Assembly (NCBI GenBank): GCA_964304625.1
Contig: OZ199840.1
Span: 10,177,220 to 10,241,219 of the forward strand
DNA: 64,000 nucleotides
Direction of reading: 5' to 3'
Origin: Kudoa neothunni
Lineage: Eukaryota; Animalia; Cnidaria
Both the position numbers and the translations under genes were made by a program. The notes beneath the pieces are model-generated. The model was not told the origin of the DNA and did no database searches. It saw only the letters and a program-made list of their open reading frames with translations. Positions 24,856 through 39,504 of the stretch are shown here, in pieces. Positions within the stretch are counted from its first letter, which is position 1. The number at the start of each line of letters is the position of its first letter.

Positions 24856-27800
24856 AATTTTTTCCTGTAGTTTTATTTTTTTATCATAACCAAATGTTTT
24901 TTTATATATAATAATTATTTATTTTAAAATGCAATGTTGATTTAATTATTATAATGTAATTATTGTTTCGAATAATATGCCTGCGTAGAATGAATAGTCA
25001 TTACTTTAATGCGACATTAGTATTTGGTCTCTTAGAGTATGACCAGTTAAGTGATATGTGGATCATCGAAATCAACATTATGAATACATTTCTTCAAGTG
25101 TACTACTATGATCAACTCGATTCTCAAGTTAGTCAATGACGCTTTGATAACGCGTTTATAAATAAGGGGGTCGTTTTCATGTAATGTAATATTGAATACG
25201 ATATTATGGATTTGACGCGTGCACATTCTATCTATTCTATGTGCATCTTCTATATACAATCGAAACGACCTTTGATTGAATTTTTGGATTCATCGGCCGC
25301 TATTTATTTAATTTTAGTTTTTAAATTATTAATTGGAATAAAGTGCCATAAATACTATATTATTTAAAGTTAACAATTAAATTATCTTGATTACGGAATG
25401 ATATGGGGTTTTAGGGAAGACAAATTTTCTAGATATTTTTATGAGTAATTTTATGGAATAAATAATAGTTTATCGTTTTTTTAATAAAGAAATATAAATG
25501 ACTTCATAAGAGAAATTTATCTATTGATTTTTCTCAAATCAATAATAATCATCTTATAGAGATTTATTTTTCAGAAACTAATAGTAAATGCTAAGAATAA
25601 CACCATTATCAAATAATGGGGTAATACTAAAGATCGTTATAGAACAAGGCTTTCAGGATCCATTAGTGGTCCGAGACTCACGTCCAAAGTCAACAAAAAA
25701 TTGTACGACTAAGCATGCTTTGTACATAATGTATCGATTCCAAGTAATCAGAGTCTCTCTCAACAATATAACGTGTGTGATGCGTGCACGATCAAAACTG
25801 AAGTAGTCTATTAAATAAATAGTCATTTGATGAATTTTACTGAAGATTAATTTATGTTTTCAATCTACTATTTATTATCTATTAGTATATACAATAAAAA
25901 TGATTACTTATTCCTTTTCCATTCGTAGATAAATTATTTAGTTTAAATTTTAAATGGAACAACGTAAAAAATTATGAAGTATTTACTTTTTAATGGGATA
26001 GATAAGCGACTTATAAAAAGGTTTAAAATAGATGAATTATTAAAAATTGTATTATTTATTATTTTTAATTAAACTATATGGCAAGTAAGAATTAAATTTT
26101 AATTAGTGTCAAAGTTAGGTTCCTTAAATTTTGTTGTTAAATTATTATACTTTAAATTAAAGTCAATTTGCACTCAAGTCTATAAATTAAAATTATTCAT
26201 TCGAAATTGGACCACATATTTAATTTCCTCATTTAATTTTTAAATTTCTAATTAAACAACTAAACTACAAAATCCAAAATTTCGCGTAAGCTCAACTATT
26301 CACATCTGTTATTTCGCACAAAAAGATTAACATGTCTTGTACCTTTACAAATTATGATTTATTCATGACTTTATCTGATAAAAAGTCCCATTTTAACCCA
26401 ATTGTTGTCCGAACAAGAAAAAAAATCAAATTTATTATCAGTTTTATTTTATTCACATTTGTTTTCTTGTTAAAATAGATGGAGTTTTCCTTTTAATGTT
26501 ATTTTAATAAAAATATTTTCCAAAATAAAAATAAATCCATTTTAAATCTCATTTTTGAGAAAGGGTGCTGAGTTGTCCTCGTAAGTGGTAGGGGTCCGGA
26601 AACTAAAATGAATCGGGGAGCGCTGTTATAGAGGATGAACTCTACGGAACTATTCCTCATTGGTACTTTAATTAGTCTTGCTACACTTATGTGTACAACC
26701 CACATGTCATAATGAGAAATAAACTTATAATTAAGTAAGAACAAACCATTTATTTTTGATACAGCTTCTATTAAGTTTCATTTTAATAATTGGAGGACGA
26801 AGCGGGGTCTGTCGAGACTCTAAGACCAGAGTTAGCAATCATGTCCGATTTTTTTCCAAATTCCCTATTTTGTACGATTTTTTCACTCTTGTTATTTGAA
26901 AGGCTGAATAATTGCAAAACAGTGTTTTTAAATTAAGAAAATATGGCATATTCCAAAACAATTGAAAAATAATCATAGTTGACGTCTTTACGAAAAATCA
27001 TTAAATACATCTCTTGTACTTGGCGTAATGTTTAATTTAAACTTAAAATATCGGCAGATAAGTTTACATAAATTATAATTATAATTTTTAATAAGACATC
27101 CTTCAGTCCTAAAAAATAAAGAAATTCAGATTAAAAAAACGCATTTTATAATGCTATGTTCAGATTAAGGTTAATATTTTGGATTTTTTTCATTATTTAT
27201 AATGAAGATCAGTCGTATAATGTTCGCTGATAATTTTTGAATTTTCGTGAAGTGTGTTCAAATTCTTAATGCTTAAACTCTGGAAAAATCTTTTATGCTG
27301 ATGGTACAGAACATCAAGTCCTGTCGTTAATAGTTTTTTAATAAAATTTTAGTTAAAGTTGATGCCTGAATAAATTAAAATTTAACTAACTAAATCTATT
27401 GGAATAACTGTCCTTAATTTTAATGGATGAATGGTCATTCATCAAAATATAATCTCATCTAGGTAGTGTTGTTTTTAATCAAACACCGAACAAAGAGTTG
27501 TAATAAAATTTCTCGAAACTAAAGGATCTGAAAAAACTCAAAAACAAAGTTTTATTAATTCAGTTATAATAATCGCAGATTTAGCTCCTTTTATTAGCAA
27601 AACGGGTTTCATCCATAGGAGAATATTTCAGTGTCTACTTCAATTTATTCTGATTAACGCCTTTATGGAAAGGATATTTTGTTGGGTCGGAACTATCAAT
27701 CAATCAATCAATCAATCAATCGATCAGAAGAAATAAATATGCCCACTAGATGGATTAATTCGAATAGTGGAATTTTCCAACTCGTCGATCAGATTGTGCC

Positions 27801-30800
27801 ATAAATTTAAGATTTCTGAGTCAATTATCAATTTTTGTTGTATTAATACATAGAATTAAATATTATATAATTTTTGAGAAAAAAATTGGTCAGACACCGG
27901 ATAGGAATTGGCAACGCTGATTCGAAAAGGACGTAATTCTCTAAAGTGGCTGTTATATTTCGAAAAACCTGAGCGTCTTTTAGTTTGTTAATTGGGGTAC
28001 CTTGTTTAGAATGATTTTGAAGTTAATGATCTGGAAATCTCTACACTAATTCAGACCCTGTATTGTTTATACTATTAGATATAAAAATAATAACAGAAGC
28101 GTAAATTTTCATATATAATAAAAAAATGATGAAGGAACGTAGAAAAGTCAAAGTAAAAAAAATGAGTGATTAGGATCGATTAAAATTCTACACCAATTAC
28201 CTAATTAAATACAGAAGGTAAAGAACTGATAACTTTTTGAATGTTGCGATAAACTTTAAGAGTAGTTAAAAGAATATCCTGCCGTCTTTATTTATATGAA
28301 TAAATAAAAACAAAAAAAATTCAGATTAATGGTTACAATAAATATAAAGATAGAATGGATGAAATATGTCAACGACATTGGTTATGTAGGACAACCTAAA
28401 CATAGTGATGTGGAAGAAAGAAAGTAATTATTCCTTTTGTATTTTTAAGTAAATATATACAGAACTAGTTTAAATCTTATGGATTATAACGAGCGAAATC
28501 GGCCCACAAAGAAATATATTTCTCACTTTGATACAGAAGTTTACTCATTTCTCGTGCAAATAGTTGCTATAGATATTGTAGTTTCTCTAAACAAAAATGA
28601 TAACGTCAACTGGTATTTCTGTGTAATAAAAAAATTCCTTCACTAAATGAGCAGAAACGTCACCTATTTAGGATTGATCGGCGTCCATCATTGTTAATAT
28701 ACTTGAGTAAAACGTTTTTTTGCTGTATTTGGAATCCTTATCCATACCCAGTGATCAAGGAATTAATTATGAGTCGCCAATTATTAGATGGATGTGTTAA
28801 ATTACGAAGACTGGATACAGTTGTGCAGGGATATTACGCACTTTGTTGGGACAAAAACTCGAGGGTAAATTTCGAAGACCGAGGAGAATTTTTTAAAAAA
28901 GAGGGTGGTTATGTGTTGAACTGATGATTATTAAGAATTTAGAAGGGGATTTTATGATTCCAACGTTTTGTGGTCGTTACCAGTTTTTATAACCATTTCG
29001 ATAGATAATACATCTCAGTAAAATAATTATGTTAGTTTATAACGCCTGAAACATTCAATCACACAGAAATACTGAAGTAGATTATAAAATATGACGTAAT
29101 ATTTCACTTTGCATTCAATAACTAAGTAATAAATAAATACTTTTAAGTTATACACCATTTTTATATTATTGAGATAAATAATGAAAAAGTGCCTTGGACT
29201 TGTTAACATCCATAATCGATTCAACTTAAAATGCGAAAAAAATCGTATATTTTGATTTATGACGATTACTCTAAAATTAATTTTAATGAGAAAATAATTA
29301 ATAAGTATTTTTTTTAGTTACTTGATGGATATAAATAAATAGATAACTTAATAAAATAAATTAAAATTTTCACGTTGGAATTTTCGAACAAATATTGTTA
29401 TAAAATTTTTTTAATCGTGAATAAACCATCCAATAAACTTTATAAACTAAAAGCTAAATTATGGAATGACATCGTTAAATTGAAACGTATTCGATCTAAT
29501 TTCAAATAGAATAAATCAGAAAGTTCTATTTTTAAAATACAAAGTTAAGATTGAACATTCACAAACTTATTACTGACAGATACAAAAAAATTCAGTACAC
29601 AATGAAAGACTTTGAATTTGTTAAAATTATGGAGAAATAATAATTTTTTTGATATATTTATCAACAACGTAGAGATTCCACGTGAATCCGAATGTGCTCA
29701 ACTTAAGATTTATTTCCAGTTTATGGGTTAATTCTTGTTGAGATGAATTTAACTACAAAGTGTAGTTTTTTGTGATAAGAACAAAAATAAAAAGGCCTTT
29801 GAGAAATAAGTGAATTAACAGGACGAATTGTAGGAAACGACTTCGATTTTGTATGCGACACCACCAAAAGTTGCTACACAGATACTGTAGTATAGCCGAT
29901 ATTTTAAAAGAAATAAGATAGTTTATTCCAAAAAATAATGCACTACTGAATTTTGATAAGAAAATTTATCCTTACATTGATTACAAAAATCCACTGTGAA
30001 CGAATCACACAATCTTGTTGATACATTGACTTAATCTCTTCGAAATAGAGGATAATCCCTATACCCTCGAAATCAACCCTCGACTTTCGAGTTTTTGAAG
30101 GCCTAGTAATAACCCTGCACTACTTAATATGTACTCTTTAGTGCACGCGCACAGAGGAAAATTTTGTAGGTGCTAGACCACTTTTCCTGGATTTTTATTT
30201 ACTCGCTCGTCGCACAAAAAATAACCTTAATTGAAAGATCCGAAAAATTTTCGTAATAATTTTTTTATTTTCCACAGAGTATTTTAAAAATAAATAAGGT
30301 GGTTTAAGACAGAATTATTTTTTCAACAAGAAATATGTTATTTCTCTTGTTTTATTTTAAAAAAGTATAAATTTAACTTTGTAATGTGATTCAGCATATT
30401 GGTATCATAGACCTTGAATAATTTCTTTAGATCTTTTAGACTTTCAATTTAATTTGTTTATTTTTAACCAACTCTCGAAGCAAACTGATGGAACCGTCCT
30501 CGACAGCCAGTTATAGATGTGTTGTACTTCGTGTCCTCCTTTATGTCATTGGCTAATTTGTTTTTCTATTTTATTGTACTCTCTGGACAGCTTTATATTT
30601 ATCGTTCTCGAAAGTTCGATCCATTCTTTCACTCTTATATCGATTAGTTTGAATTTGTTTCTAAGAGTTTTGCGATAAAATCGTAAATCACCTGAAATAA
30701 AGTCTCAAAATATTTCTGATTCCCTTGATACAACTGTATTCAATGTGGTGCCTGATTTAAGGCCGGAGCGCTTAACGATGTTCACTTTTGAGCCACTCTT

Positions 30801-31099
30801 TGTTCCAAGTTGTTCCAGTTATTTAATAATATACACGTTTTCTTCAAGTTATCGATAATTTTTCCTATTTTCCTACTGCATACTAACCGTGCCAATGTAA
30901 TCAAACAAAAGATTTCAAGTGCGTAATAACCATTGAGGGCTCAATAAGCATGCATTCCTATTTTTCCCGAAGAAAAAATTATTTTTTAATTCTATAATTA
31001 AATTTATCAACGTATTTTACTCTTATCTCACGATTTATATCTATAGTTAATTAGCATATTTTGAATTTTTAACAATATTTCTAAGAATGCGTAATAACC

Positions 31100-31620
31100 A
31101 TGCTACGTAATAACCTTGCGCTACTGTATATAAGAAAATTTCCATACAATCCAATATCAGGTGGGACGGTGGAACGTTTTAATTGCACTATTATCGATAT
31201 GCTCAACAAAATTCCCACGAATAATAACTGGAGCGCAGCAGCACCTTTGATTATTGCGGCATATAGATCAACAATTTATTATGCGTCAAAATTATCCCCA
31301 AAATATTCAGTTCTCAGGAGGGAAATAAAGTCATCCTTTTCTGTCACCCTAAATGCTGATCACATCAACGTCTTGTTAATAGACTGCATAAGAATTCAGT
31401 AAAAAGATTCACATCTTGCTCATTGAGTTGCAAAAAAAACACAGAATTTGAATTTTAAAAAGGTAAAATATATACAAAGACATGTATATAATTTTCTCTA
31501 TATAGTTAATAATAAAGTATAGCTTGGAACCCAAGTTGGAAGAGAATGTTCGATCCGTATTATATAGGTTCCTTCACCATGAAACAGCGTATTTCGAATA
31601 CAGTATATCGGTGAGACAAG
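31100..31620 (+). mobile_element. Gypsy-type LTR retrotransposon integrase remnant
   Basis: PYNPISGGTVERFNCTIIDML..W..AAYRST...LSP, then a degenerate GPF/Y region (DPYYIGSF..RISNTVYR) after stops. Confidence 0.75.
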
Positions 31621-31959
31621 GTTGGGAAGAATGTAGGCAGCAACTGACAAAATAAAGCCAAATTTTGAGAAATGGGTTAGATTATAGAATGCGTCAGCGG
31701 AATTCATTGTAAGGGACATTTTAGGGGTTCTAAAATGTTTAACTGCATCATGAACTATTCTGGAAGTCCATACATGAGACATCGTATGTCTGTATGTGTT
31801 TATAGCATTGCAAACCTAGGATGCAAGTATATAAACAAAAAATAATGATTTTAATACTTGTAATTATATTAGTAGCGATGGTTTCTCGCTCTAACTCAAG
31901 TTTGTACACATTATTTGCATATGTACATAGATATTTATATATATGCGTTATTTACATAT

Positions 31960-32625
31960 ATACTTATTTACAGAATATTTACATATTTACATAGATACAT
32001 ATGTACAGAATATTTACATATTTACATAGATACATATGTACAGAATATTTACATATTTACATAGATACATATGTACAGAATATTTACATATTTACATAGA
32101 TACATATGTACAGAATATTTACATATTTACATAGATACATATGTACAGAATATTTACATATTTACATAGATACATATGTACAGAATATTTACATATTTAC
32201 ATAGATACATATGTACAGAATATTTACATATTTACATAGATACATATGTACAGAATATTTACATATTTACATAGATACATATGTACAGAATATTTACATA
32301 GATACATATGTACAGAATATTTACATATGTACATAGATACATATTTACAGAATATTTACATATGTACATAGATACATATTTACAGAATATTTACATATGT
32401 ACATAGATACTACAGAATATTTACATATGTACAGAATATTTACATATGTACAGAATATTTACATATTTACATAGATACATATTTACAGAATATTTACATA
32501 TGTACATAGATACATATTTACAGAATATTTACATATGTACAGAATATTTACATATGTACAGAATATTTACATATATACAGAATATTTACATATATTCATA
32601 ATATTTACATACATATTTACAAATA
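31960..32625. repeat. 35-bp minisatellite ACAGAATATTTACATATTTACATAGATACATATGT, decaying to shorter units at the 3' end
   Basis: CAGAA recurs at 31971, 32006, 32041 and onward with period 35. Confidence 0.95.
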
Positions 32626-34982
32626 AAACTTATTTACAGGTGTACAGCAGGACAGTAGAAAGCAAGGTTTCAGGATGAATTTTCCGATGTTTTTTTCGTT
32701 AACATTCCTTAGAAATTTCAAGTTTACCTAGATGAGATAATTAAAAATGTTGATTTGAAGACAATTATTTACTAGTTTTCACTTTATAAACGTCCTGATC
32801 ACACTCGACCAGATTGATTTTTATACTGAGCTGAACCTACAAAATAATATCGAAGTTGAATTATAGGTCCATTACCTTAGATTCAGTTCATTTTCGCCAT
32901 TAGTCCGCCCCACAAACCCAAATTTTATGATTTTTTCAATCTGGCCGACATCCCAAACTTTCATTTCCTCTGTACACACTCGATCACGGTCGTTTCGAAT
33001 TTTAAGATGGGAGAGAATACAATAAACCTATAAAGGGCGAAGCGACGTTAACTACCCTTATTGAATAAGTCGCCACGTTGGAATTATGCCAAAAAGTTCA
33101 GAAAAACATTTGACCAGCTACTAGGTTGTAGCAAACCCTACAACGAATGACTAAATAATTGTGTTTACATTCGTTTTTTAAGGTGATTTTCAATAATGTT
33201 TACCTAGGAGTGATTTTTTGATAATTTTTAATGTCTCTGTTTATCAGGCATAGAAGGATAATTAGATGGCACATGTAAGCGGTTGATATTACCTTAATTT
33301 GGAAGAGATTCCGACAACGATTAGGCAATTTTATGGTGAGTATAAAGTATTTTATTGTCAAAGTTCGCTTCAGTTATATTTTTACTATACAGTATTATCA
33401 TCTGAATAAACAAGTTGATAATTAAAGGTGACGTTGGTTTGAAAAACCATTGTCTAATCAGCTTATATTTCTACTTGTTTTGTTGCCCCCATATTAGTGT
33501 CTGTGGCGTGGTGTTGCATCGACCTCGTCGTTGAGACACAATAAATCCCCTCATCGATTACCACCCTTGATCTGTAGAGAGAATTTTTAATTTGAAATGA
33601 TAGATTCACGTTTTAGTGTTTCTAAGTCAATGTATTAAAAATGCTTTAAACTTTTCTATCTTTAAATTTAACGTCTGAATAGCACGTATCTCGCAACATA
33701 CTAATTTTTTATTAGCACGATTTTAAACTTTCTGTTTTCGTTATTGACATAAAAATATCTGGAATATTCGAAAAAGTACATTGAATTTATAGAAACATAT
33801 ATTTTATATTTATGAAAAAAGTTCAGAAAGGCGTGAGTTTTTAAATGATTGAAATCGATAATAAAGCTACAAGAAGTCGGTGATTTGTTTCGTTTTCAGT
33901 ACTGGAGACTACAGTTAAAATTTTATGATGTTTGCTCCAAACATGCTGTTAATTGAGAATTTTGATTTTTTTAACACAGAAATTTAAATAAAAATTGTAA
34001 AGTATATACGAGATTTTAACAGGAATTAATTTAATTTATTTTTAGAGATATTCTCATTAAATGCAGCCAAAAATTGAGCGAATTAGTGACCTTTAAATTA
34101 GATATAAATATACTTTCATCTTACTCAATTCATTTGATTAAAAATATAGTTGAGTAATTATTTAATAAAGAATTATTTCAAAATACATACTCAGCACAAT
34201 TGAAAACATTTTAATTCATGGAAGTTATTGTCAGTTTGTGTTAGGGCAAGAAAACATAACCGTCTATGTAACAATAATCTCCCCAACACACTACCAGTAG
34301 TATATATATATATATATATATATATAAGTCGTTATACTTCTAGAACAATCTAAATGTCTCTGTTGTATTCCATAAGACGCTATATGGTTCTATCGTCAAA
34401 TAGGATCTTCCAGAGGCCTCAACAGTTTGTATGTTTGGGATAAGAAATACAATCAAACTAAAATTTCACAAACTTAACATTCACCTAAGATTAGTAAAAT
34501 ACAATTCTCTCTTAAAAAATAAAAGTTTTTCTCTATGATTTATAATTCGCATAAAAAATATTTATAAAATACAAGTTTTTACAAATAATAAAGTTACTTT
34601 TAGAAATATTGAATTTATACGACGTCATTTTCTGCTATTCCAACCTAGTTTAGATGGTAGAAGCTTATTTACCATCAGAAGAATATTAGTTAGTTTTGGA
34701 AGCCATCCGGCAGAAAAAACTCTTATTCTCTGGATACACTATTTTTTGATACATTAAAAATCTTAATATTTGTTTTACTATATTTATTATCTGCTGCTTT
34801 CGAAGCTTAGGTAAACTTTTAAAAATAAAACAAAAATATCGGAGAAGGATTGCATAAAAAACGAAATTTCACAATAAAAAAAATCTAAACTACATATTTT
34901 TGGTTTATACATGTCACCTCTATAGGAAACAAGAGATTTGTAGACGCTGAAGAATGCTATCCAATAGTTGCAAAAAATGGCG

Positions 34983-36538
34983 TTATTTAAAATTGATGAG
35001 GGGCTCGTTGTTGACGGGAATAGAGGACGAATCGGAATATATTTGATTGCTTTCTGATATTAGCAATTGAATCAACCCTCCATGTTCGATAGTGGACAAA
35101 GATTTTGGAACTTTGAAATGAACACGTCTCCATTTCCACGCTTGATCACTATCTTCAAGAAGTGAATCCACCGTTTCAACTATCTCCGAACAATAATGGT
35201 TTTGTAACGAGATCAATTCCCACAAACAACTATCCATAGCACCAGTGTTATCAATATCTTGACAGATATTATCGAACGGATCATTAAGAACGGATCCCGC
35301 TTTCTGTTTTCGTGACATCAGAAAGCGAATACCCTCATGAAGCGAAAGAATCTTTCCAATACTGATTAAACAAAGAATAGTGTCACTAGTGGAGTTGGAG
35401 GTAAGGGCAAAACGAGCTAGCCTTTTACAGAAAGAAGCCGCCATATAAGCAGGAAGATGAGTTGACGATAGCAACAATTGAAGTGTGTTCCAAAATGTAG
35501 CTTTGCCGCCGCTATTCTCTTCACGATGGTCAATAGATTCACGATACCACCACTGTTTTAATTCAGCCGAATATTCGCTGCACACACCCACAACATCGTC
35601 GAAATTCAATGCAACTGGAACAATCTTGTATATCTTTTTGTAAAACATTTCGCATTCTAGATTGTGTACGGTCATTAACATAACCAAACTAGTTAGGCAT
35701 AACAGTCCAATAACACCACCACGATCAATTGACTCAAGTAGAAAATCTGCCAACATTTTTGGGTATTGAAAGTGTGGAAGTACATCCAAGTGGAGTCGAT
35801 CGTACACAGAAATTAGCGAATTAAAATCAAGTTCCACTTGCAGGAATCTGATCCAAGCTAATGAAAATATTTTTTTGGTATTTTTAAGCCGAACATTTTT
35901 ATTATCAAGAAAATAATAGGAATTATTGGTGGTTGTTGAAGAGTGTTCTGCTCGACTCTGGCCGCCAACCAAATCAGTGCATTGTTTCAACAGTGACAAT
36001 GTGTTTTGGTGTATGTAACCGTGGTGACCATCTTTATTGTAATTTAAAGCTTCTGTTTTATATAGAGCACCAATACATTTCAATACAAGCCATTGGACGT
36101 CTTTGTATTGGAGATATTCGGTCTGAAAAAATGATGTAACACCTTCACCCCAAGAAGGGTTTTTAATGTGATTTCGTAAAAATTTTAAGAGGTTATTAGA
36201 TTCAAATATGAAGCTATGAAATGATCATCAGCTCGTAGTGTAATGAAGTGGGTTAAACGTGATAGGTAATCATTGTAAAGGTTGTGCAGCCATTTTTGTA
36301 GGTTAACAGATTTATCTTCTTTATGACTAATTTTTTTTCCATTGTACATTGGAACAAGTTTTGTGAAAATCAAACTTAAGCCACATGATAAATATTCAAG
36401 CGTTTCGTTGTTATCGGTGTTGGCAAAGATATCGTCCTCATAAAGCTCCATTAAATCCACTAAATTATTCAGATTGAGTGGATTTGTCAGAATGCCTTGT
36501 ATTGAATTGTGTATATCAACTTTGGTTGGCATTTTCAT
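34983..36538 (-). CDS. NOC4L: Nucleolar complex protein 4 homolog (CBF/Mak21 family), with an apparent frameshift near 36188-36224
   Basis: NLNNLVDL, KWLHNLY, EYLQYKDV, VLPHFQYPKMLADFL, GGVIGLLCL, LLLSSTHLPAYMAASFCKRLAR, DPFD and AMDSCLWELISLQNHY. Confidence 0.88.
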
Positions 36539-36689
36539 ATTTTCTACGTGTATCCGACAAACACCGATTCATACCGCGGAATGTGTTAATGTTTGAAATC
36601 GTTGATGCAAAAGGAGATTTTATATAGAAAAAATATGTTGATTATTATTAGAAAATGTTTCATTTAATTTTTTATGGATTTTATCTTTA

Positions 36690-36728
<39 letters not shown>

Positions 36729-38743
36729 CAATTAATTTCACTAAATCTTTTATTTGTACACTAGCGCGAACCGTCCAACATTTCTTGGGAATACTTTGCA
36801 TTATATATCTTAATAATATTCAAAAAATATATTAATGTTTCAAATTAACCCACAGATGCAGTCAAATAAAGATTTTTTTGAAGCTCCATACTTTTAACGA
36901 TTGTAATTGGCGAAATTAAAATCACGATCATTTCTGTGCAGGAGTGTACCAATCCCGGTTTTCAATTAACAATTTCTTGTCCCGGGACCAGAGCTTAATA
37001 ATTTAAGATCAGTGTCATATTTATTTTCATTCCCGAATTATTTACACTCTCTTAATGTTCAATCTAAAACGTTATTTTTTGACCGGGGGGATTATTAAAG
37101 TCGAATTATCGCCCGGCTAAGACAGCATGTGTACAGCTGTCCAAGGGAGATAAAAAAGAAAAATATATAGAGGTTGAAGAAAATATAAGAAAATTAATTT
37201 TTATTGCTCAAATAAATGCCATTTGGGCCGGCATAAACTTTAATGTCTTTTTCCTCGCAAACAATCACAAATGGCGTTAATATAAACAAAAATAATTTGT
37301 TTAACCTTGCCTGTCGGAGATGGGGCATTCAGCGACCCAAAAAGACGAATTTTGTTCATACTACATAGAAAACTAAATTATTTTCTCTATAATTTTCTGA
37401 ATGCTTCTTTTATTTTTTAAGGATTCCTTTCAATCAATTAAAGTTACCGAATTTTATTTTTAAGATAAAAAGGTTTGCGTTGCAAAAATTTATGGTAACA
37501 TTCGAATTTGGCCGTCTAATTTTGATATATTGTTTATTTAATTATTTTTAATAGGTTAAATTAATTATATTATTATCAGAAATGTTAAAATTTTACTGTA
37601 GTGTAAGATTGTTTGGAGATTTACTCACGTTAATCCCACAAGGTTGTGTTAACCCCTCCCAGTGGAAAACTTTTTGTTACAGTTTGATACTACTTAAGTA
37701 AATTATTATACTTTTATAATAAAAAATAATATTGTGCTAAAAAATTATGTCTGAGAAGTTAAATCAACTTATTGAAGATTCATCAAGCGGCGACGATGAT
37801 GTTTAAAATAGTTGCCAAGGCCTTCTCAATAAAAAAAGCCATTCCTGAGACGGTCCAATTTTTGATCGATAAAATCATCATCCGTTTCTGAATTATTGGG
37901 GAGGAATTGTCATTGCGCTATTATTATTCCTATGAATAAGAGAACACATCATTACAAACCACACTATTATGTATCTACAACATGTGTAAACGTGTATCCT
38001 TCATTTTTCAGCCAGATGCCACATTGATGTAAACGTAAAAACTTATTAATTGTTTAATCTTGATTAAAAAAGGAAGGAAACGCTTAATTTAATTACGCGA
38101 TCAAAGCAACAAGGCACATACGACCGATCCACACGTGACTTTTTATTTTTCGTTTTTTCGTATTATTATGTTTATGAATTATTTAAAGCGAGTAATAATA
38201 ACATTAATTCATTTTAAAAATAATTTTAAATACGAGAGAATCTTTTAGTATTATGTAAAATAACTAATGTACGTACGAGCGGTGCTACGCGCGGCCGGTC
38301 TATTACTGCATAGACCTTTTGTTATATTTAAAGCCAATAATAGAACTTTTAATGCATGCTTATCAAGCCAAATACGTTAACAATCCCGAAATAAAGAGTT
38401 TATTTGCGGAAACATCCAAATAGTCACGCCAACCTTACAACCTTAAACATAAAGATGAATGGCATCGTTTGGTTAACATTTAATGGATCATATAAGGGGG
38501 AAATTAACTTTAACTGATTATCACCATGGCATAAGTCGGCGTTAATCCTATTGTTGTAACCGGGTAATCCATTGGGCAAACTTTGATTCGACAAAATCAA
38601 TATTTCATAAAAACTTTTTTAATATTTTAGTAGTGTGAAAACAATTAAACGATTTTTTAAATATCACAAACTTTTTAAAACTTTATGTATGGCTTTTTAT
38701 AAGGAAAAAATTTGTTTCGTACATGCTTACTTGCTGACACACA

Positions 38744-39504
38744 CAGGGCTGCCAAGGCTTGGGTTTTTTATGGTCACCTTGGGTTCTTAGGGATTTTTTT
38801 CATTTAGTACAAAATCTTGTGTTTTTATTGAAACCCGGTGAATATTAAAGAATAATGCAATTTTTTTATATACGGCATTAATATTTATATTTTCAATCAC
38901 GTATCCTATTCAGATTATGTCATGCAGCACCGTTTCCCAACTAAAATTGGAGTCGCACCCACATTTGATGATAAAACGAAGTTCGCATTCACTTACGTAC
39001 GATAAGGTGTAGCCGATTCAAAATTACTCAAAAATTATTTCCTATTGTGTTCGAATCTCGCACCCTCAAGCCCATAGTTCACACCCTTAGGGATGAGGGA
39101 ACCACTGTCATGCAGGGTTTAAACATTTGGAATATTGAACGACATCCCATTAGGTTGTTTAACATGATACGATTACATAACTACTCAATAAACGTTGTCG
39201 CACATTATTAAAAATTTAAACGTGATTTCAAAATATATTTTGAATTATGAAGTAATTAATTGTGAGTATATTGATATGCATGAAACATCAAGTATGAGGG
39301 AGTGTTCGTGCCAAATCATCGCAATCATACGACGATAAATATAGATTTAATGTCTGAAGACTTAATTATTGAATCGGAAGAAGGCTAAAAAATTAAATAG
39401 ATATGATTTTATTTTTTTATTGTACTTTAAAGTAGTGTTTTTCTCGATATCGGGTTTTTTGACCGTCCATTCTTAGGTTTTTTTTAATTCCGCTCGCAGC
39501 CCTG
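38744..39504. mobile_element. hAT-type MITE
   Basis: TIRs CAGGGCTGC/GCAGCCCTG and perfect 8-bp TSD gacacaca. Confidence 0.88.
38928..39107. mobile_element. Small hAT-type MITE nested in the previous one
   Basis: Perfect 8-bp TSD tcatgcag, with ends CACCGTTTCCC/GGGAACCACTG. Confidence 0.82.

Noticed and set aside
26499-26860. GC-richer islands with short ORFs (also 28691-28924, 39747-40041, 40964-41319, 62000-62350)
   Set aside because: No supportable domain or splice chain. Probably old transposon fragments, left uncalled.
31960-32625. 35-bp periodic array as a CRISPR array
   Set aside because: Units are directly tandem with no unique spacers, the context is eukaryotic, and there are no cas genes. 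The same applies to 15512-15773.
33498-33539. Hairpin containing TTGCATCGACCT, reminiscent of U1/U2 snRNA loops
   Set aside because: No Sm site or other snRNA sequence nearby; likely chance or LTR debris.
36185-36187. Stop-codon reassignment or readthrough in NOC4L
   Set aside because: The conserved downstream sequence is in another frame, so readthrough would not rescue it. TAA is a normal terminator in other genes here.
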